Below are positions 1 to 10,464 of a DNA stretch of 64,000 nt, in pieces. Under the pieces are notes generated by a model. That model saw only the letters and a list, made by a program, of their open reading frames with translations, was not told the DNA's origin and did no database searches. The position numbers were made by a program, and so were the translations under genes. The stretch's first letter is position 1, and each line of letters opens with the position of its first letter. This stretch comes from Clostridiaceae bacterium (GTDB lineage Bacteria; Bacillota; Clostridia; Oscillospirales; QAMX01). The DNA lies in assembly GCA_018384365.1 (NCBI GenBank), contig JAHAYX010000001.1:33475-97474 (forward strand). The letters run 5' to 3'.

Positions 1-1
1 G

Positions 2-67
2 GAACCCTCCAAGGAAGAAGTCCTGCTCACGGAAATCCGTGATCTGCTCCGCGACCGCAAGGAATAA
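2..67 (+). CDS. mscL: 3' end of large-conductance mechanosensitive channel gene (5' part outside window)
   Basis: Frame 2 reads EPSKEEVLLTEIRDLLRDRKE-stop. KEEVLLTEIRDLL matches the conserved MscL C-terminal helix (E. coli ...KEEVLLTEIRDLLKEQ, from memory). Only 21 codons are visible. Confidence 0.5.
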   Translation, partial: EPSKEEVLLTEIRDLLRDRKE

Positions 68-88
68 GTGTATCGCCCGGATTCTGGC

Positions 89-616
89 ATGGATAAGTCC
101 ATCACCTGCTGCTTTACCGGGCACCGGCCGGAAAAAATGCCGTTTTCCGCGACAGCGCACAGCTTTGCATACCACATGTTCCGCCGGAACCTGGAATTTG
201 CGGTGCAGCAGGCAATTCTTGACGGTTACCGCCACTTCATAACCGGCATGAGCCGTGGGATGGATTTGTGGGCAGCCATGTGTGTCCTGGACTTCAAGCG
301 GGCCTATCCCGGCCTGACGCTTGAGGCGGCCATCCCCTGCCCGGAGCAGCCCAGCCGCTGGCCTGCGGAAGATGTGCGGTTTTATAACCTTGTACTTTCC
401 CGGTGCGATACCAGAACGGTTCTTTCCCCGCGTTATACCGCCGGCTGCATGGACAAACGCAACCGGTATATGGTGGATCATTCGTCGCTTCTGATTGCGG
501 CTTTTGACGGGCGTTCCGGCGGTACACGCAACACCTGTCTCTATGCAGAACGCACAGGTGTCAGGATCCACAATATCCTGGCGGAAGAATCGGACTATAC
601 GGGAACGATTTTTTAA
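89..616 (+). CDS. DUF1273 / SLOG-family protein (YpsA-like)
   Basis: ORF 68..616 with CFTGHRPEK near the N-terminus, plus ITGMSRGMDLWAA and FDGRSGGT, as in DUF1273/YpsA proteins. ATG at 89 gives the usual short N-terminus. GTG at 68 (AAGGA upstream) is an alternative start. Confidence 0.7.
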   Translation: MDKSITCCFTGHRPEKMPFSATAHSFAYHMFRRNLEFAVQQAILDGYRHFITGMSRGMDLWAAMCVLDFKRAYPGLTLEAAIPCPEQPSRWPAEDVRFYNLVLSRCDTRTVLSPRYTAGCMDKRNRYMVDHSSLLIAAFDGRSGGTRNTCLYAERTGVRIHNILAEESDYTGTIF

Positions 617-648
617 ACAGACGGTAACGCTGTTATGGAGGTGACTCT

Positions 649-990
649 ATGCTGATTGAAAATGAATACGGTACCATTGATATCACAAATGACGTAATCG
701 CAGATATCGTTGCGAATCACTGCTATGGCGTTCATGGCATGACAAACAAGAACAAGCTGGATGGATTTGTCCAGCTGTTAAAACGGGACTCGAGCCGCAA
801 GGGAATCAAAATTGATGTTCTGGAAAACGGAGTCGTGAATATTGAGCTGCACATCGTTGTGCGCCACGGCATCAATATTACTGCCGCCGCAGATTCGCTT
901 ATCAGTGAAGTTCGTTATAATGTCGAAGAGATGACCGGCGTGAAAGTCGGCAATGTAGACGTGTTCGTCGATTCGCTCATGACGGACTGA
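649..990 (+). CDS. Asp23/Gls24-family envelope stress protein (YloU-like)
   Basis: 113 aa with a typical Asp23 layout (IADIVA..., VKVGNVDVFVDSL). GGAGG RBS upstream. Followed by a DAK2 gene, as in the Bacillus yloU-yloV pair. Confidence 0.85.
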   Translation: MLIENEYGTIDITNDVIADIVANHCYGVHGMTNKNKLDGFVQLLKRDSSRKGIKIDVLENGVVNIELHIVVRHGINITAAADSLISEVRYNVEEMTGVKVGNVDVFVDSLMTD

Positions 991-1024
991 CAGACAAAGA
1001 ATACCGGCGAGAGGGTGAAAGTTT

Positions 1025-2677
1025 TTGGAAAATTATGTAGACGGCGCCGCTTTCCGTCAGATGGTGATTCAGGCGGCCTATGCCATTGAAGCACGAAAAA
1101 AGGAACTGAATGATTTGAATGTCTTCCCGGTACCGGATGGTGACACGGGCATCAATATGAGCGCCACGATCAACGCAGCAGCGCGCGAACTGGAAAAATC
1201 AGAGGGTGGAACGCTCGGCGAAGTGGCGGAGACTGCCGCCATGTGCATGCTGCGCGGTGCGCGCGGCAACAGCGGCGTGATTACCTCGCTGCTTTTCCGC
1301 GGCTTTTCAAGACGCGTCAAGGGGCTTGAAAGCGGCGACGCGCTGGTCATCGCCGAAGCGCTTCGCGAGGGCGTGGACGCAGCCTATAAGGCCGTCATGC
1401 GCCCGGCGGAGGGTACCATCCTGACGGTTTCCATGAAGGCCTCGCAGGCCGCAGTGGAAGCCGCGAAGGCAACCGGCAATCTGCGCGTGATGTTCAGCTC
1501 TGCGAGCGACGCCGCAAAGCGTGCGCTTGCTGAAACCACACAGCAGAACCCCGTGCTGAAAAAGGCCGGCGTTGTGGATGCCGGCGGAGCCGGTTATGTC
1601 ATCATTCTGGAATCCATGCTCGCATTCCTGCGCGGCGAAAAGCTTGCGCGTACCGTTGTGGAGGATGCGCCTTCGGATACCAACCCGTTTGATGCGTTTG
1701 ACACGGAAGAAATCAACTTCACCTATTGTACGGAATTCATCATCGACCGTTCCGGTGCCGGCAATCCGGCCGAACTGCGGGAATATCTGGAGACAATCGG
1801 CGACTGTGTTGTGGTTGTAGACGATGAGGAGATCGTAAAGGTGCACGTGCATACCAACAACCCCGGTCTGGCGATTGAAAAAGCGCTGGAGCTGGGTTCG
1901 CTGGACCGCATCAAGATCGAAAACATGAAGATCCAGCACACGCAGAAGATCATTGCTTCTCCGCAGCCTGCCGAGCCTGCCGCGGCCCCTGCCGAAGCAG
2001 AGGCGCCCGCCGAAGAAAAGCCCTATGGCTTTGTTGCGGTTGCCGCCGGCGACGGCCTGCACAATATTTTCCGCGATCTGGGCGTTGACGTCGTTGTTGA
2101 CGGCGGCCAGACCATGAACCCTTCCACCGATGACCTGCTCCGTGCGGTGGAATCGATCAACACGCCGGTTGCATATATCCTTCCGAACAACAAAAATATC
2201 ATCATGGCAGCGCAGCAGGTCGCTCCGCTGACCGAAAAGAAGATACTTGTCATCCAGACCAAAACCGTTTCCGAGGGCATTTCCGCCATGCTTTCCTTTG
2301 ATCCGGAAACCACGCCGGATGAAAACCTCATGGCTATGGAAGCTGCCGCTTCCTGCGTGCATACCGGCGAGGTAACCTATGCCGCACGCGACAGCGTGTA
2401 TGACGACCGCAAGATCCGGGAAGGCGATGCGCTTGCGCTGTTAAACGGCAAGCTCCTGGACTCCGGACGCCGTCAGACGGAGGTTTTAAAGCGCCTGGTA
2501 CGTGAAATGTGCCGCAACCGCGACATCAGCTACGTGACGATACTCTATGGCGAGGGCGTGGAGGAATCCGCCGCGCAGGAAATCCGCGAAATGTTTGAAA
2601 AAGAGCGCCGTGATGTGGAAGTCGCAGTCATATATGGCGGTCAGCCGGTGTATTACTACATAATCTCGGCTGAATAA
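1025..2677 (+). CDS. DAK2 domain fusion protein (YloV-like)
   Basis: 550 aa, TTG start. N-terminal Dak2 motifs ([19 protein letters not shown]) and a C-terminal YloV-type domain. Confidence 0.85.
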   Translation: MENYVDGAAFRQMVIQAAYAIEARKKELNDLNVFPVPDGDTGINMSATINAAARELEKSEGGTLGEVAETAAMCMLRGARGNSGVITSLLFRGFSRRVKGLESGDALVIAEALREGVDAAYKAVMRPAEGTILTVSMKASQAAVEAAKATGNLRVMFSSASDAAKRALAETTQQNPVLKKAGVVDAGGAGYVIILESMLAFLRGEKLARTVVEDAPSDTNPFDAFDTEEINFTYCTEFIIDRSGAGNPAELREYLETIGDCVVVVDDEEIVKVHVHTNNPGLAIEKALELGSLDRIKIENMKIQHTQKIIASPQPAEPAAAPAEAEAPAEEKPYGFVAVAAGDGLHNIFRDLGVDVVVDGGQTMNPSTDDLLRAVESINTPVAYILPNNKNIIMAAQQVAPLTEKKILVIQTKTVSEGISAMLSFDPETTPDENLMAMEAAASCVHTGEVTYAARDSVYDDRKIREGDALALLNGKLLDSGRRQTEVLKRLVREMCRNRDISYVTILYGEGVEESAAQEIREMFEKERRDVEVAVIYGGQPVYYYIISAE

Positions 2678-2728
2678 GCGCCGGTGATTTCCGATCCGAT
2701 CCCTTTCGTATTTGTTTCCGGCTATGCC

Positions 2729-2758
2729 TGGCCGTCCGTTCTCGGACGGCCATTTTTT
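2729..2758 (+). terminator. Intrinsic terminator after the DAK2 gene
   Basis: TGGCCGTCCG-ttct-CGGACGGCCA followed by TTTTTT. Confidence 0.75.
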
Positions 2759-2817
2759 CATGCAAGAAGCGGCGGGACGCGCGGCAGAAAATTGTCGAAT
2801 CTGACGGAGAATCGAGC

Positions 2818-2847
2818 TTGACTTCCCTATGGCGCGCATGGTATAGT
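2818..2847 (+). promoter_or_regulatory. Candidate sigma-A promoter of pflB
   Basis: TTGACT, 18 nt, TATAGT, with TG two nt upstream of the -10 (extended -10). Implies a ~170-nt leader before the pflB ATG. Confidence 0.5.
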
Positions 2848-3018
2848 AGGGACGGACAAAAAAAGCGGGATTTCATGACTGACGGGCTATGTGGATCACC
2901 ACAGGGGAATGAAATTCCGGGAAACAGCCGACCGTCTGGGCAGCATCACAACTCTGATGCTGCCTTTTTTATTACCCATTTCCGCACACCGGCTGCGGCA
3001 GAAACAGGAGGAGAAGCA

Positions 3019-5256
3019 ATGATGCGCACTGCACAGTGGGAAGGTTTCCGCTCCGGAAAATGGCAGGAAACCATTGACGTACGGGATTTCATCCAACAGA
3101 ACTATACGCCTTACGAAGGCGGCGGGGAATTTCTCGCTGCCCCGACCGATCGCACGCAAAAGCTGCTGCACAAGCTGGAAAACCTGCTGGCGCTGGAGCG
3201 CGAATTCGGCGGTGTGCTGGATATCGACACCAACACCGTCACCTCGCTTTTGAATTATAAGCCGGGCTATCTCGACCGGGAAAATGAGCTGATCGTCGGC
3301 CTGCAAACGGACCGCCCGCTCAAGCGCGGCGTGAATCCGTTCGGCGGACTGCGTATGACGCGCGATGCCTGCCGTGCTTATGGCTATGAACTGTCCCGTA
3401 AGGTAGAAGATGAATTTCAATACCGCACCACGCATAACGACGGTGTGTTTCGTGCCTATAACCAGGAGACGCGTGCCGCACGGCACTGCGGCCTGATCAC
3501 CGGCCTGCCGGACGCCTATGGCCGCGGCCGTATCATTGGCGACTACCGCCGCGTTGCGCTCTATGGCATCGACCGTCTCATTGCGGAAAAGCAGCGCGAC
3601 AAGGACAGCCTGGGCCTTGAGGACATGGACGTCGATCACATCCGCCAGCAGGAGGAACTCTATCAGCAGATCAACTTCCTCGGAAAGCTGCGCGATATGG
3701 CTGCGATGTACGGCTTTGATATCACAAAACCCGCCGAAACCGCGCAGGAAGCCATTCAGTGGCTCTATTTTGCCTATCTCGGCGCAATTAAGGAGCAAAA
3801 CGGCGCCGCTATGAGCCTTGGCCGCGTTTCCACCTTCCTGGACATCTATATTGAGCGCGATTTTCGCGCCGGACGCCTGACTGAGGAACAGGCGCAGGAG
3901 CTGATGGACGATTTCGTCATGAAGCTGCGCATGGCACGCCATTTACGCACACCGGAATATAACGAACTCTTCGGCGGCGACCCCATGTGGATCACCGAGG
4001 CTCTCGGCGGCATGGGCGAGGACGGCCGCACGCTTGTCACACGCAACACCTTCCGGATGCTGCACACGCTTTATAACCTGAAGCCCTCTGCCGAGCCAAA
4101 TCTGACCGTTTTGTGGTCGCAGAGCCTGCCGGAGGCTTTTAAGCAGTTCTGCGCGAAGGTATCCTGCGACACCGACGCAATCCAGTATGAAAATGATGAT
4201 CTGATGCGTCCGCAGTTCGGTGATGACTATGCCATAGCCTGCTGTGTCTCCGCGATGAAAGTCGGGAAACAGATGCAGTTCTTCGGTGCGCGCGCCAATC
4301 TGGCCAAGCTGCTGCTGATGTCCTTAAACGGCGGTCGTGACGAAAAGCAGAATATCCAGGTTGGCCCCGTCCACGAGCCCTATCAGGGCGAATATCTGGA
4401 ATACGACAAGGTTCTGGAGCTTCTTGATTTTTACCGTCCGTGGCTGGCGCGCATGTACGCCAACACCATGAACGTCATCCACTACATGCATGACAAATAC
4501 GCCTACGAGAAGACACAGATGGCGCTGCATGACACCGACGTGCACCGCTTTATGGCGTTCGGCGTGGCGGGCATGAGCGTGCTGGCGGACTCGCTCTCCG
4601 CGATCCGCTATGCGCGTGTGCGCTGCATCCGTGACGAAGAAACCGGGCTCATCACCGATTATGAAGTCACGGGCGAATATCCCGCCTTCGGCAACGACGA
4701 TGACCGCGTGGACAGCATTGCCTGCGAGCAGGTCGAAGCTTTCTATCGTGAGCTTGCTAAACAAAAGCTCTACCGCAATGCCGAACCGACCCTTTCCATC
4801 CTGACAATTACTTCAAATGTCGTCTACGGCAAAAAGACCGGCGCCACGCCGGACGGGCGCAAGGCCGGGGAACCTTTCGCACCTGGCGCCAATCCCATGC
4901 ACGGGAGAGAAAAAAACGGCGCGCTGGCCTCGTTGAATTCCGTGGCAAAGCTCTCCTATCGCTACTGCAAGGACGGCATTTCAAACACCTTCTCCATTGT
5001 TCCGCAGGCTCTGGGCAAGACGGAACCGGAGCGTCTGACAAATCTGATTTCCATCCTCGATGGGTATTTCGGACAAATGGCACACCACCTGAATGTCAAT
5101 GTTTTAAACCGCGAAACGCTGATCGACGCCTATCACAATCCCGAGAAATACCCGAACCTGACGATCCGCGTATCCGGCTATGCGGTGAACTTCTACAAGC
5201 TGACCCGGGAGCAGCAGCGAGAGGTCATCTCGCGCACGTTCCACGAGGTCCTGTAA
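3019..5256 (+). CDS. pflB: Formate C-acetyltransferase (pyruvate formate-lyase)
   Basis: ORF 2818..5256. ATG at 3019 follows AGGAGGAG and gives [34 protein letters not shown], the canonical PFL N-terminus. Contains the IACCVSAMK catalytic Cys-Cys and the C-terminal glycyl radical loop [11 protein letters not shown]. Confidence 0.95.
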   Translation: MMRTAQWEGFRSGKWQETIDVRDFIQQNYTPYEGGGEFLAAPTDRTQKLLHKLENLLALEREFGGVLDIDTNTVTSLLNYKPGYLDRENELIVGLQTDRPLKRGVNPFGGLRMTRDACRAYGYELSRKVEDEFQYRTTHNDGVFRAYNQETRAARHCGLITGLPDAYGRGRIIGDYRRVALYGIDRLIAEKQRDKDSLGLEDMDVDHIRQQEELYQQINFLGKLRDMAAMYGFDITKPAETAQEAIQWLYFAYLGAIKEQNGAAMSLGRVSTFLDIYIERDFRAGRLTEEQAQELMDDFVMKLRMARHLRTPEYNELFGGDPMWITEALGGMGEDGRTLVTRNTFRMLHTLYNLKPSAEPNLTVLWSQSLPEAFKQFCAKVSCDTDAIQYENDDLMRPQFGDDYAIACCVSAMKVGKQMQFFGARANLAKLLLMSLNGGRDEKQNIQVGPVHEPYQGEYLEYDKVLELLDFYRPWLARMYANTMNVIHYMHDKYAYEKTQMALHDTDVHRFMAFGVAGMSVLADSLSAIRYARVRCIRDEETGLITDYEVTGEYPAFGNDDDRVDSIACEQVEAFYRELAKQKLYRNAEPTLSILTITSNVVYGKKTGATPDGRKAGEPFAPGANPMHGREKNGALASLNSVAKLSYRYCKDGISNTFSIVPQALGKTEPERLTNLISILDGYFGQMAHHLNVNVLNRETLIDAYHNPEKYPNLTIRVSGYAVNFYKLTREQQREVISRTFHEVL

Positions 5257-5272
5257 GCAGGGCGGAGGTCCT

Positions 5273-5989
5273 ATGGCGGATACAGGTTACATTCACTCCT
5301 TTCAATCCATGGGAGCCGTTGACGGGCCGGGCCTGCGCTTTGTCGTGTTTTTACAGGGCTGCCCCTCCCGCTGCATCTATTGCCATAATCCCGACACCTG
5401 GGAATTTTCCGGCGGTACGCCCTGGGAACCGGCGGAGGTCGTGCGCAAAATTCTGCGTTACCGGCTGTATTTGAAAAACGGCGGTGTCACTGTCACCGGC
5501 GGCGAGCCGCTCGCGCAGCCGGGCTTTGTGGCGGAGCTTTTCCGTCTGCTCCACGCCGAGGGCATCCATACAGCGCTGGATACCAGCGGCATCGGAACGC
5601 CGGAGGGGATACAGCGTGTGCTGCGGCATACGGATCTGGTGCTGGCTGACGTGAAATTCTGCACAGAAGCTGCGTATCGCCGTTACTGCGCGATGGATTT
5701 TGGAAAGGTTTGTCGTTTTCTTGATGCGGTGCGCGATGCTGCCATTCCCATGTGGGTGCGGCGCGTTGTCGTGCCGGGGCTCAACGATACGCCGGAGGAT
5801 ATCCATGCGCTTCTTTCCTTCCTTACGGCTTACCCCAACACGCAAAAGGTGGAGCTTCTGCCCTTCCGGAAGCTGTGTCTGGAAAAATACGAGAGTCTGG
5901 GCATCCCCTTCCCGCTCCGGGACACACCGGAACTGTCAGAGTCGGTTCTTTCCATGCTTTCCGCGATGCTTCCGCCGCATTTGCGGTGA
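5273..5989 (+). CDS. pflA: Pyruvate formate-lyase activating enzyme (radical SAM)
   Basis: 238 aa. SMGAVDGPGLRFVVFLQGCPSRCIYCHNPDTW contains the CxxxCxxC cluster. Lies immediately downstream of pflB. Confidence 0.9.
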   Translation: MADTGYIHSFQSMGAVDGPGLRFVVFLQGCPSRCIYCHNPDTWEFSGGTPWEPAEVVRKILRYRLYLKNGGVTVTGGEPLAQPGFVAELFRLLHAEGIHTALDTSGIGTPEGIQRVLRHTDLVLADVKFCTEAAYRRYCAMDFGKVCRFLDAVRDAAIPMWVRRVVVPGLNDTPEDIHALLSFLTAYPNTQKVELLPFRKLCLEKYESLGIPFPLRDTPELSESVLSMLSAMLPPHLR

Positions 5990-6084
5990 ATCCGCTGCTT
6001 TTGCAGGTATGAAATGCTCCCACGGGTGCCATACTACCACCAGATACTGTGCCGGAAAGGCACAAGCCCGGGAGGAAAGCCCCT

Positions 6085-6246
6085 ATGCAGGACAAAAAGA
6101 GGAAAGACCACAGCGACGTCATCCCATTCATGGCAGAAATCTGCCCCGATAAACCCATTCTGGATGTGTATGCCGTGATCGACCACACGCGGGAAGAGGA
6201 ACAGCTTGAGCAGGATCTGCCCGGACCCGATGACGGGAAACAATAA
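6085..6246 (+). CDS. Small hypothetical protein (53 aa)
   Basis: ATG 9 nt after GGGAGG. Acidic 53-aa product ending just before a strong terminator. No recognisable family. Confidence 0.3.
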   Translation: MQDKKRKDHSDVIPFMAEICPDKPILDVYAVIDHTREEEQLEQDLPGPDDGKQ

Positions 6247-6253
6247 CACATGC

Positions 6254-6298
6254 AAAAAGGCCGTGTGCATGACAAATCGTATGCACACGGCCTTTTTT
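6254..6298. terminator. Bidirectional intrinsic terminator
   Basis: AAAAAGGCCGTGTGCAT-loop-ATGCACACGGCCTTTTTT, with an A-run and a T-run flanking a 13-bp stem. Sits between convergent genes. Confidence 0.8.
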
Positions 6299-6329
6299 AT
6301 CGATTTTCGGCAGTTTGCTGCACCACCGT

Positions 6330-7250
6330 TTATGCCATGGGGCGCCCGTCACGCCAGAGCACAGAGGGATCCATTTCCGCAAGGGACGCACAGCCCGTGA
6401 ACGCCATCAGCATGGCAAGTTCGTTGTTGATGCGCCGGACGCAGGCTTCCACCCCCGCTGCACCGTCGCGCACCAGCGGCTGCATCATCGCGCGGCCGAC
6501 CGCCACGGCATCTGCGCCCAGAGCCAGGGCTTTATAGACATCCGCGCCGGTTTCAATGCCGCAGTCCAGCATCACCTGTATGCTTCCGCCCACTGCACGA
6601 ACAATCTCCGGCAGAACCATCAGCGGCGGAATGGCAAACGGCATCCGTCCGTGATGGTGACTGACCAGAATTGCCTTTGCGCCGGCCTCGGCGCAGGCCT
6701 GCGCATCCCGCACGCTGAGCACGCCTTTTACGACAAAAGGCAGCTTCGTTGCACGGATGTATTCTTCCAGGTCACTGCGGGTCTGAGGCGCCATTTTTTC
6801 GCCAAAAACGTCGTCCGGGCCACCATCGGAGGCAAAGCTGTGATCGATGTCCATGCCAACAGCCCACGCGCCGTGTTCCTGTGCAAAAGCGAGCTGGCTG
6901 AAGATTTTGTCCCGGTCGGCATAGGGTTTGATAATGCGCACCGTCGGCGCGCCGACTTCCAGTATCCCTGCGAAGTCCTCGTTTTCACTCATGCCGACAA
7001 AATTCAACGCACCCAGCGCCTTTGCCGCACGGGCATACTCCCGCATGCCGTCCTCCCGCTCCTTTGCAAAAATATGCAGGTGCGAGAAAGCCGGCATCAT
7101 AACCGGTGTGTCAAATTGCTTTCCCAGCAGCGTGCAGCGCAGGGAAGGCGTTTTGGCCCCGACCAGCCGTTGTTCAATCAAAATGGAGTCAAAATAGCGC
7201 CGCGTGATTGCATTTGCGTCGCTGGGACGGATTTTCGTTTCGTCTGCCAT
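6330..7250 (-). CDS. FMN-dependent alpha-hydroxy-acid dehydrogenase/oxidase family protein
   Basis: ORF 6330..7271. ATG at 7250 follows GAAGGAG. TIM-barrel FMN-dehydrogenase-like strings (LPFVVKGVLSVRDAQ, ILVSHHHGR, DCGIETGADVYKALALGADAV). Confidence 0.65.
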   Translation of the reverse strand: MADETKIRPSDANAITRRYFDSILIEQRLVGAKTPSLRCTLLGKQFDTPVMMPAFSHLHIFAKEREDGMREYARAAKALGALNFVGMSENEDFAGILEVGAPTVRIIKPYADRDKIFSQLAFAQEHGAWAVGMDIDHSFASDGGPDDVFGEKMAPQTRSDLEEYIRATKLPFVVKGVLSVRDAQACAEAGAKAILVSHHHGRMPFAIPPLMVLPEIVRAVGGSIQVMLDCGIETGADVYKALALGADAVAVGRAMMQPLVRDGAAGVEACVRRINNELAMLMAFTGCASLAEMDPSVLWRDGRPMA

Positions 7251-7558
7251 ATCAGCACTTCTCCTTCTCAAAATTTCCGGATTCCCGCCGGAAACATCTC
7301 CTTTTCTTTATCATACCCCCTTTTTCCCTCGATGGCAACAACAGAGTCATTACAAAGCCGGCTTTTTTCCGTCTTCGCAAGCCCACGTTTTTTGCGATTG
7401 CACTTTGCAGGAAAGTATTGTAGAATAGGGGTGATACTGAAAAGTTGGCTCCCAGGCCCGGGACAGCATCCATCGCCGGAGCAGCATTTCCCATTCTTCC
7501 AAATTCCGGGGCCGGCAGAAAAACGGAATCGAAAATCCGACAAAGGAAGTGGAACGCG

Positions 7559-9922
7559 ATGAAAAATGAGTATATCCTTCGCTATGACCGTGCCGCTGAC
7601 AAGTGGGGTGACGCACTGCCTCTCGGCAACGGACGGCTCGGCGCTATGGCATACGGCCACACCAATATCGAACGTTTGCAGCTGAATGAGGACAGCCTGT
7701 GGTATGGTGATTTCATAGACCGAAACAATCCGAAGCTGAAGGAGGCGCTTCCGGAAATCCGCCGTCTGGTGTTCAGCAAGCAGATTCCGCAGGCAGAAGA
7801 CCTGATCCAGCGTTATATGATTGGTGCGCCCTCCTCCATGCGGCACTATGAAATGATGGGCGAGCTGGACATTGCCGTCAACGAGCTTTCCCCCTTCAAC
7901 ATGGGCTGGGTGCCGAACAGCTACGGCGCCGAAGAATACAAAAACGAACTGGATCTGATGCGCGGCGTGCAAACCGTCCGTTGGACCAAAAACGGCGTGC
8001 ATTATACGCGCGAAGTGTTCATCAGCCATCCGGATCATGTCCTCTGTGTGCGTGTGCGCTCCGACAAGCCGGGCGCCATTACCCTCAATGCGCAGTTCGA
8101 CCGCTGTGTGATCCACGACAGCTTCCGTGAGGACGATCGCCGCCCCGGCAAATTCGTGCGCGGCGGCGACTGGGGCGGTATGTTCCTGGACGAAAACCAC
8201 ACGCGCGATGCGGCCACCCTGGTCGGGCGCGGCAATGCAGGCGGCACCGGCTTTGCCATGGCCGTATGTATGCAGTCGGACGGCAGCATCGACGATCCCT
8301 ATACGCAGCTGTACACCTCCGGTGCCACCTGCGTTTGTCTGTATCTCGGCGCCGCAACGAAGAACCGCGAGCAGGATCCCGTTGCCGCGGCGCTTTCCGC
8401 CGCAAAGGCCGCAGAGCAGAAGGGCTTTGACGAACTGCTGCGTGCACACATTGCCGATTTCGAGCCGCTTATGCGCCGCTGTGAGCTGTATCTCGGTGCT
8501 GACGACCAGCGTCCCACCGATCTTCATATTGAGGAAGCCCGCGAAAAAGGCAGTGACCCGTATCTTGCCGCACTGTATTTCATGTTCGGCCGCTATCTGA
8601 TGGTTGCAGGCGGACGTGCAGACTCCACCGCTTTAAATCTGCAGGGCATCTGGTGTAAAGATTTTGTGCCTGCATGGGACAGCAAGTTCACTACAAACAT
8701 CAACGTGCAGATGAACTACTGGCCGGCAGAAGTCTGTAATCTCAGCGAGCTGCACGAGTCCCTGTTCGATCTCATCCGCCGCGTTTGCGAGCGCGGAAAG
8801 GAAACTGCGCGCGTGATGTACGGCATGCGCGGATCTGTCTGTCACCACAACACCGACTATTACGGCGACTGCGCCCCGCAGGATACTTACATGGCCTCCA
8901 CGAGCTGGCCGACCGGCGGCGCCTGGATGGCACTGCATTTGTGGGACCATTATCAGTTCACGCTGGACCTCGATTTCCTGCGCGAATGGCGTCCCATCAT
9001 GCGCGAATTTGCGCTGTTCTTCCTCGACTTCCTGACGCCGGATGAAAACGGACATCTGGTCACTTGTCCTTCCGTTTCCCCGGAAAACCGTTATATCCTG
9101 CCGGATGGATATGATTCGCCGATCTGTGCGGGTCCGGCCATGGATAATCAGATTTTGCGCGAACTGTTTGGCGCGTGCATCGAGTCCGACCGTCTGTTGG
9201 GCATCAACGATCCGCTGACGCCGGAATTTGCCGCCGCGATGGAGAAGCTCCCGACCGATCAGATCGGTTCCAAGGGGCAGCTGCTGGAGTGGCAGGAGGA
9301 ATATCCGGAAATGATGCCCGGCATGGGACATATTTCCCATTTGTTCGGTGTATATCCCGGCGTGCAGATCAACTGGCGCGATACGCCGGAGCTCTTGAAG
9401 GCTGCCGGCAAATCGCTGGATCTGCGCATTGAAAACGGCGCAGGACGCGGCGGTTGGCCGCTTGCGTGGTATATCTGCCAGTATGCACGTCAGCTCGACA
9501 CAGAAAAGACCGGCGCTTCCATTGAAAAAATGGTCGTCAGCAGCAAGACGCGAAATTTCTTCAACGGCTTGAGAATCTTCCAGATCGACGGCAACCTGGG
9601 GGCAACGGCAGGTATTGCGGAAGCTCTTCTGCAAAGCCATACCGGCATCGTGCACCTGCTTCCTGCGCTTCCGAAAGCATGGCGTACGGGCGAAGTCACA
9701 GGTCTTGTTGCGCGCGGACGACTGTGCGTGGATATGAAGTGGAACGACGGCAAGCTCAGCACCGCAAAGTTCACCGCCGGCGCAGACGAAACGATCGAAG
9801 TGCGCACGGATTGCCCCGTGCGTGTCTGCTGCGGCGGCGCAGAAGTTGCGGCAGAACCCACGGCTTACGGCGTGAAATTCCCGGTCGTCCGCGGTCAGGT
9901 ATACGAACTCATCGCCTTATAA
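7559..9922 (+). CDS. Glycoside hydrolase family 95 (alpha-L-fucosidase-like)
   Basis: ORF 7445..9922. ATG at 7559 follows AAGGAAG. The N-terminus KWGDALPLGNGRLGAMAYGHTNIERLQLNEDSLWYG is the GH95 signature. Product is 787 aa. Confidence 0.85.
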   Translation: MKNEYILRYDRAADKWGDALPLGNGRLGAMAYGHTNIERLQLNEDSLWYGDFIDRNNPKLKEALPEIRRLVFSKQIPQAEDLIQRYMIGAPSSMRHYEMMGELDIAVNELSPFNMGWVPNSYGAEEYKNELDLMRGVQTVRWTKNGVHYTREVFISHPDHVLCVRVRSDKPGAITLNAQFDRCVIHDSFREDDRRPGKFVRGGDWGGMFLDENHTRDAATLVGRGNAGGTGFAMAVCMQSDGSIDDPYTQLYTSGATCVCLYLGAATKNREQDPVAAALSAAKAAEQKGFDELLRAHIADFEPLMRRCELYLGADDQRPTDLHIEEAREKGSDPYLAALYFMFGRYLMVAGGRADSTALNLQGIWCKDFVPAWDSKFTTNINVQMNYWPAEVCNLSELHESLFDLIRRVCERGKETARVMYGMRGSVCHHNTDYYGDCAPQDTYMASTSWPTGGAWMALHLWDHYQFTLDLDFLREWRPIMREFALFFLDFLTPDENGHLVTCPSVSPENRYILPDGYDSPICAGPAMDNQILRELFGACIESDRLLGINDPLTPEFAAAMEKLPTDQIGSKGQLLEWQEEYPEMMPGMGHISHLFGVYPGVQINWRDTPELLKAAGKSLDLRIENGAGRGGWPLAWYICQYARQLDTEKTGASIEKMVVSSKTRNFFNGLRIFQIDGNLGATAGIAEALLQSHTGIVHLLPALPKAWRTGEVTGLVARGRLCVDMKWNDGKLSTAKFTAGADETIEVRTDCPVRVCCGGAEVAAEPTAYGVKFPVVRGQVYELIAL

Positions 9923-9954
9923 AAATATCGTCTTGACATTTTCCTTGTAGTTAT

Positions 9955-9985
9955 GCCCCCGGCAAGCACAAAACTTGCCGGGGGC
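9955..9985 (+). terminator. Hairpin downstream of the GH95 gene (weak T-tail)
   Basis: GCCCCCGGCAAG-cacaaaa-CTTGCCGGGGGC, followed only by ACTTTA. Confidence 0.45.
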
Positions 9986-10100
9986 ACTTTATGTAAAGGA
10001 TCAATTCCGGGGGAGCAGCAGTTCTTTGCGGATCGATTCTGCCATCCAGTGGGGTACGTTCGCTCACCGACCCTGTCGGATCATTTTGTGGCGCCGAAAC

Positions 10101-10141
10101 AAAAAAAACAGAGCAAACATACGAAATGTTTGCTCTGTTTT
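10101..10141 (-). terminator. Terminator of tRNA-Ser(GGA)
   Basis: CAGAGCAAACAT-acgaa-ATGTTTGCTCTG abuts the tRNA 3' end and is followed on the minus strand by T8. Confidence 0.75.
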
Positions 10142-10234
10142 TGGCGGAGAAGGAGGGATTTGCACCCTCGAGCCGCTTTTGACGCCTACACGATTTCCAA
10201 TCGTGCGCCCTCGGCCGGACTAGGCGACTTCTCC
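10142..10234 (-). tRNA. tRNA-Ser (anticodon GGA), CCA encoded
   Basis: Reverse complement GGAGAAGTCGCCTAGTCCGG...CACGA-TTGGAAA-TCGTG...long variable arm...GGGTGCAAATCCCTCCTTCTCCGCCA. 93 nt cloverleaf with a long extra arm. Confidence 0.9.
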
Positions 10235-10262
10235 ATCGCACTATTCATTCGACAGCTTAATT

Positions 10263-10291
10263 AGTATAGCAGGTTTTTTTCAAAATGTCAA
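10263..10291 (-). promoter_or_regulatory. Sigma-A promoter of tRNA-Ser(GGA)
   Basis: Minus strand TTGACA, 17 nt, TATACT, about 30 nt upstream of the tRNA 5' end. Confidence 0.6.
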
Positions 10292-10464
10292 CAGTTTTTC
10301 TCGGAAAAACGGAGCCGGAAAAGGAAAAACGGCCTTCCTTTCCCGGCAGGCCGCAGGCAAAATAAGCTGCCGGAGGAAAAGGCGGAGAAATCCGCATACC
10401 GGCAGCATTTCTCCACCTTTCCGGCAGTTTTGAGCGCATGGGACGGTGTTTGGTCAGTGTCTCT

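Noticed and set aside
2818-3018. A 67-codon N-terminal extension of the pflB ORF, and similar extensions of the GH95, proS, nusA, MBL, radical SAM, recombinase and GH51 ORFs.
   Set aside because: Internal ATG/TTG codons preceded by AGGAGG-type RBSs give the canonical family N-termini. The extensions overlap promoters, the T-box leader or terminators.
9951-10264. Small ORFs (82-103 aa) overlapping tRNA-Ser(GGA) and its terminator.
   Set aside because: They overlap an RNA gene and hairpins, and have no RBS or motifs.
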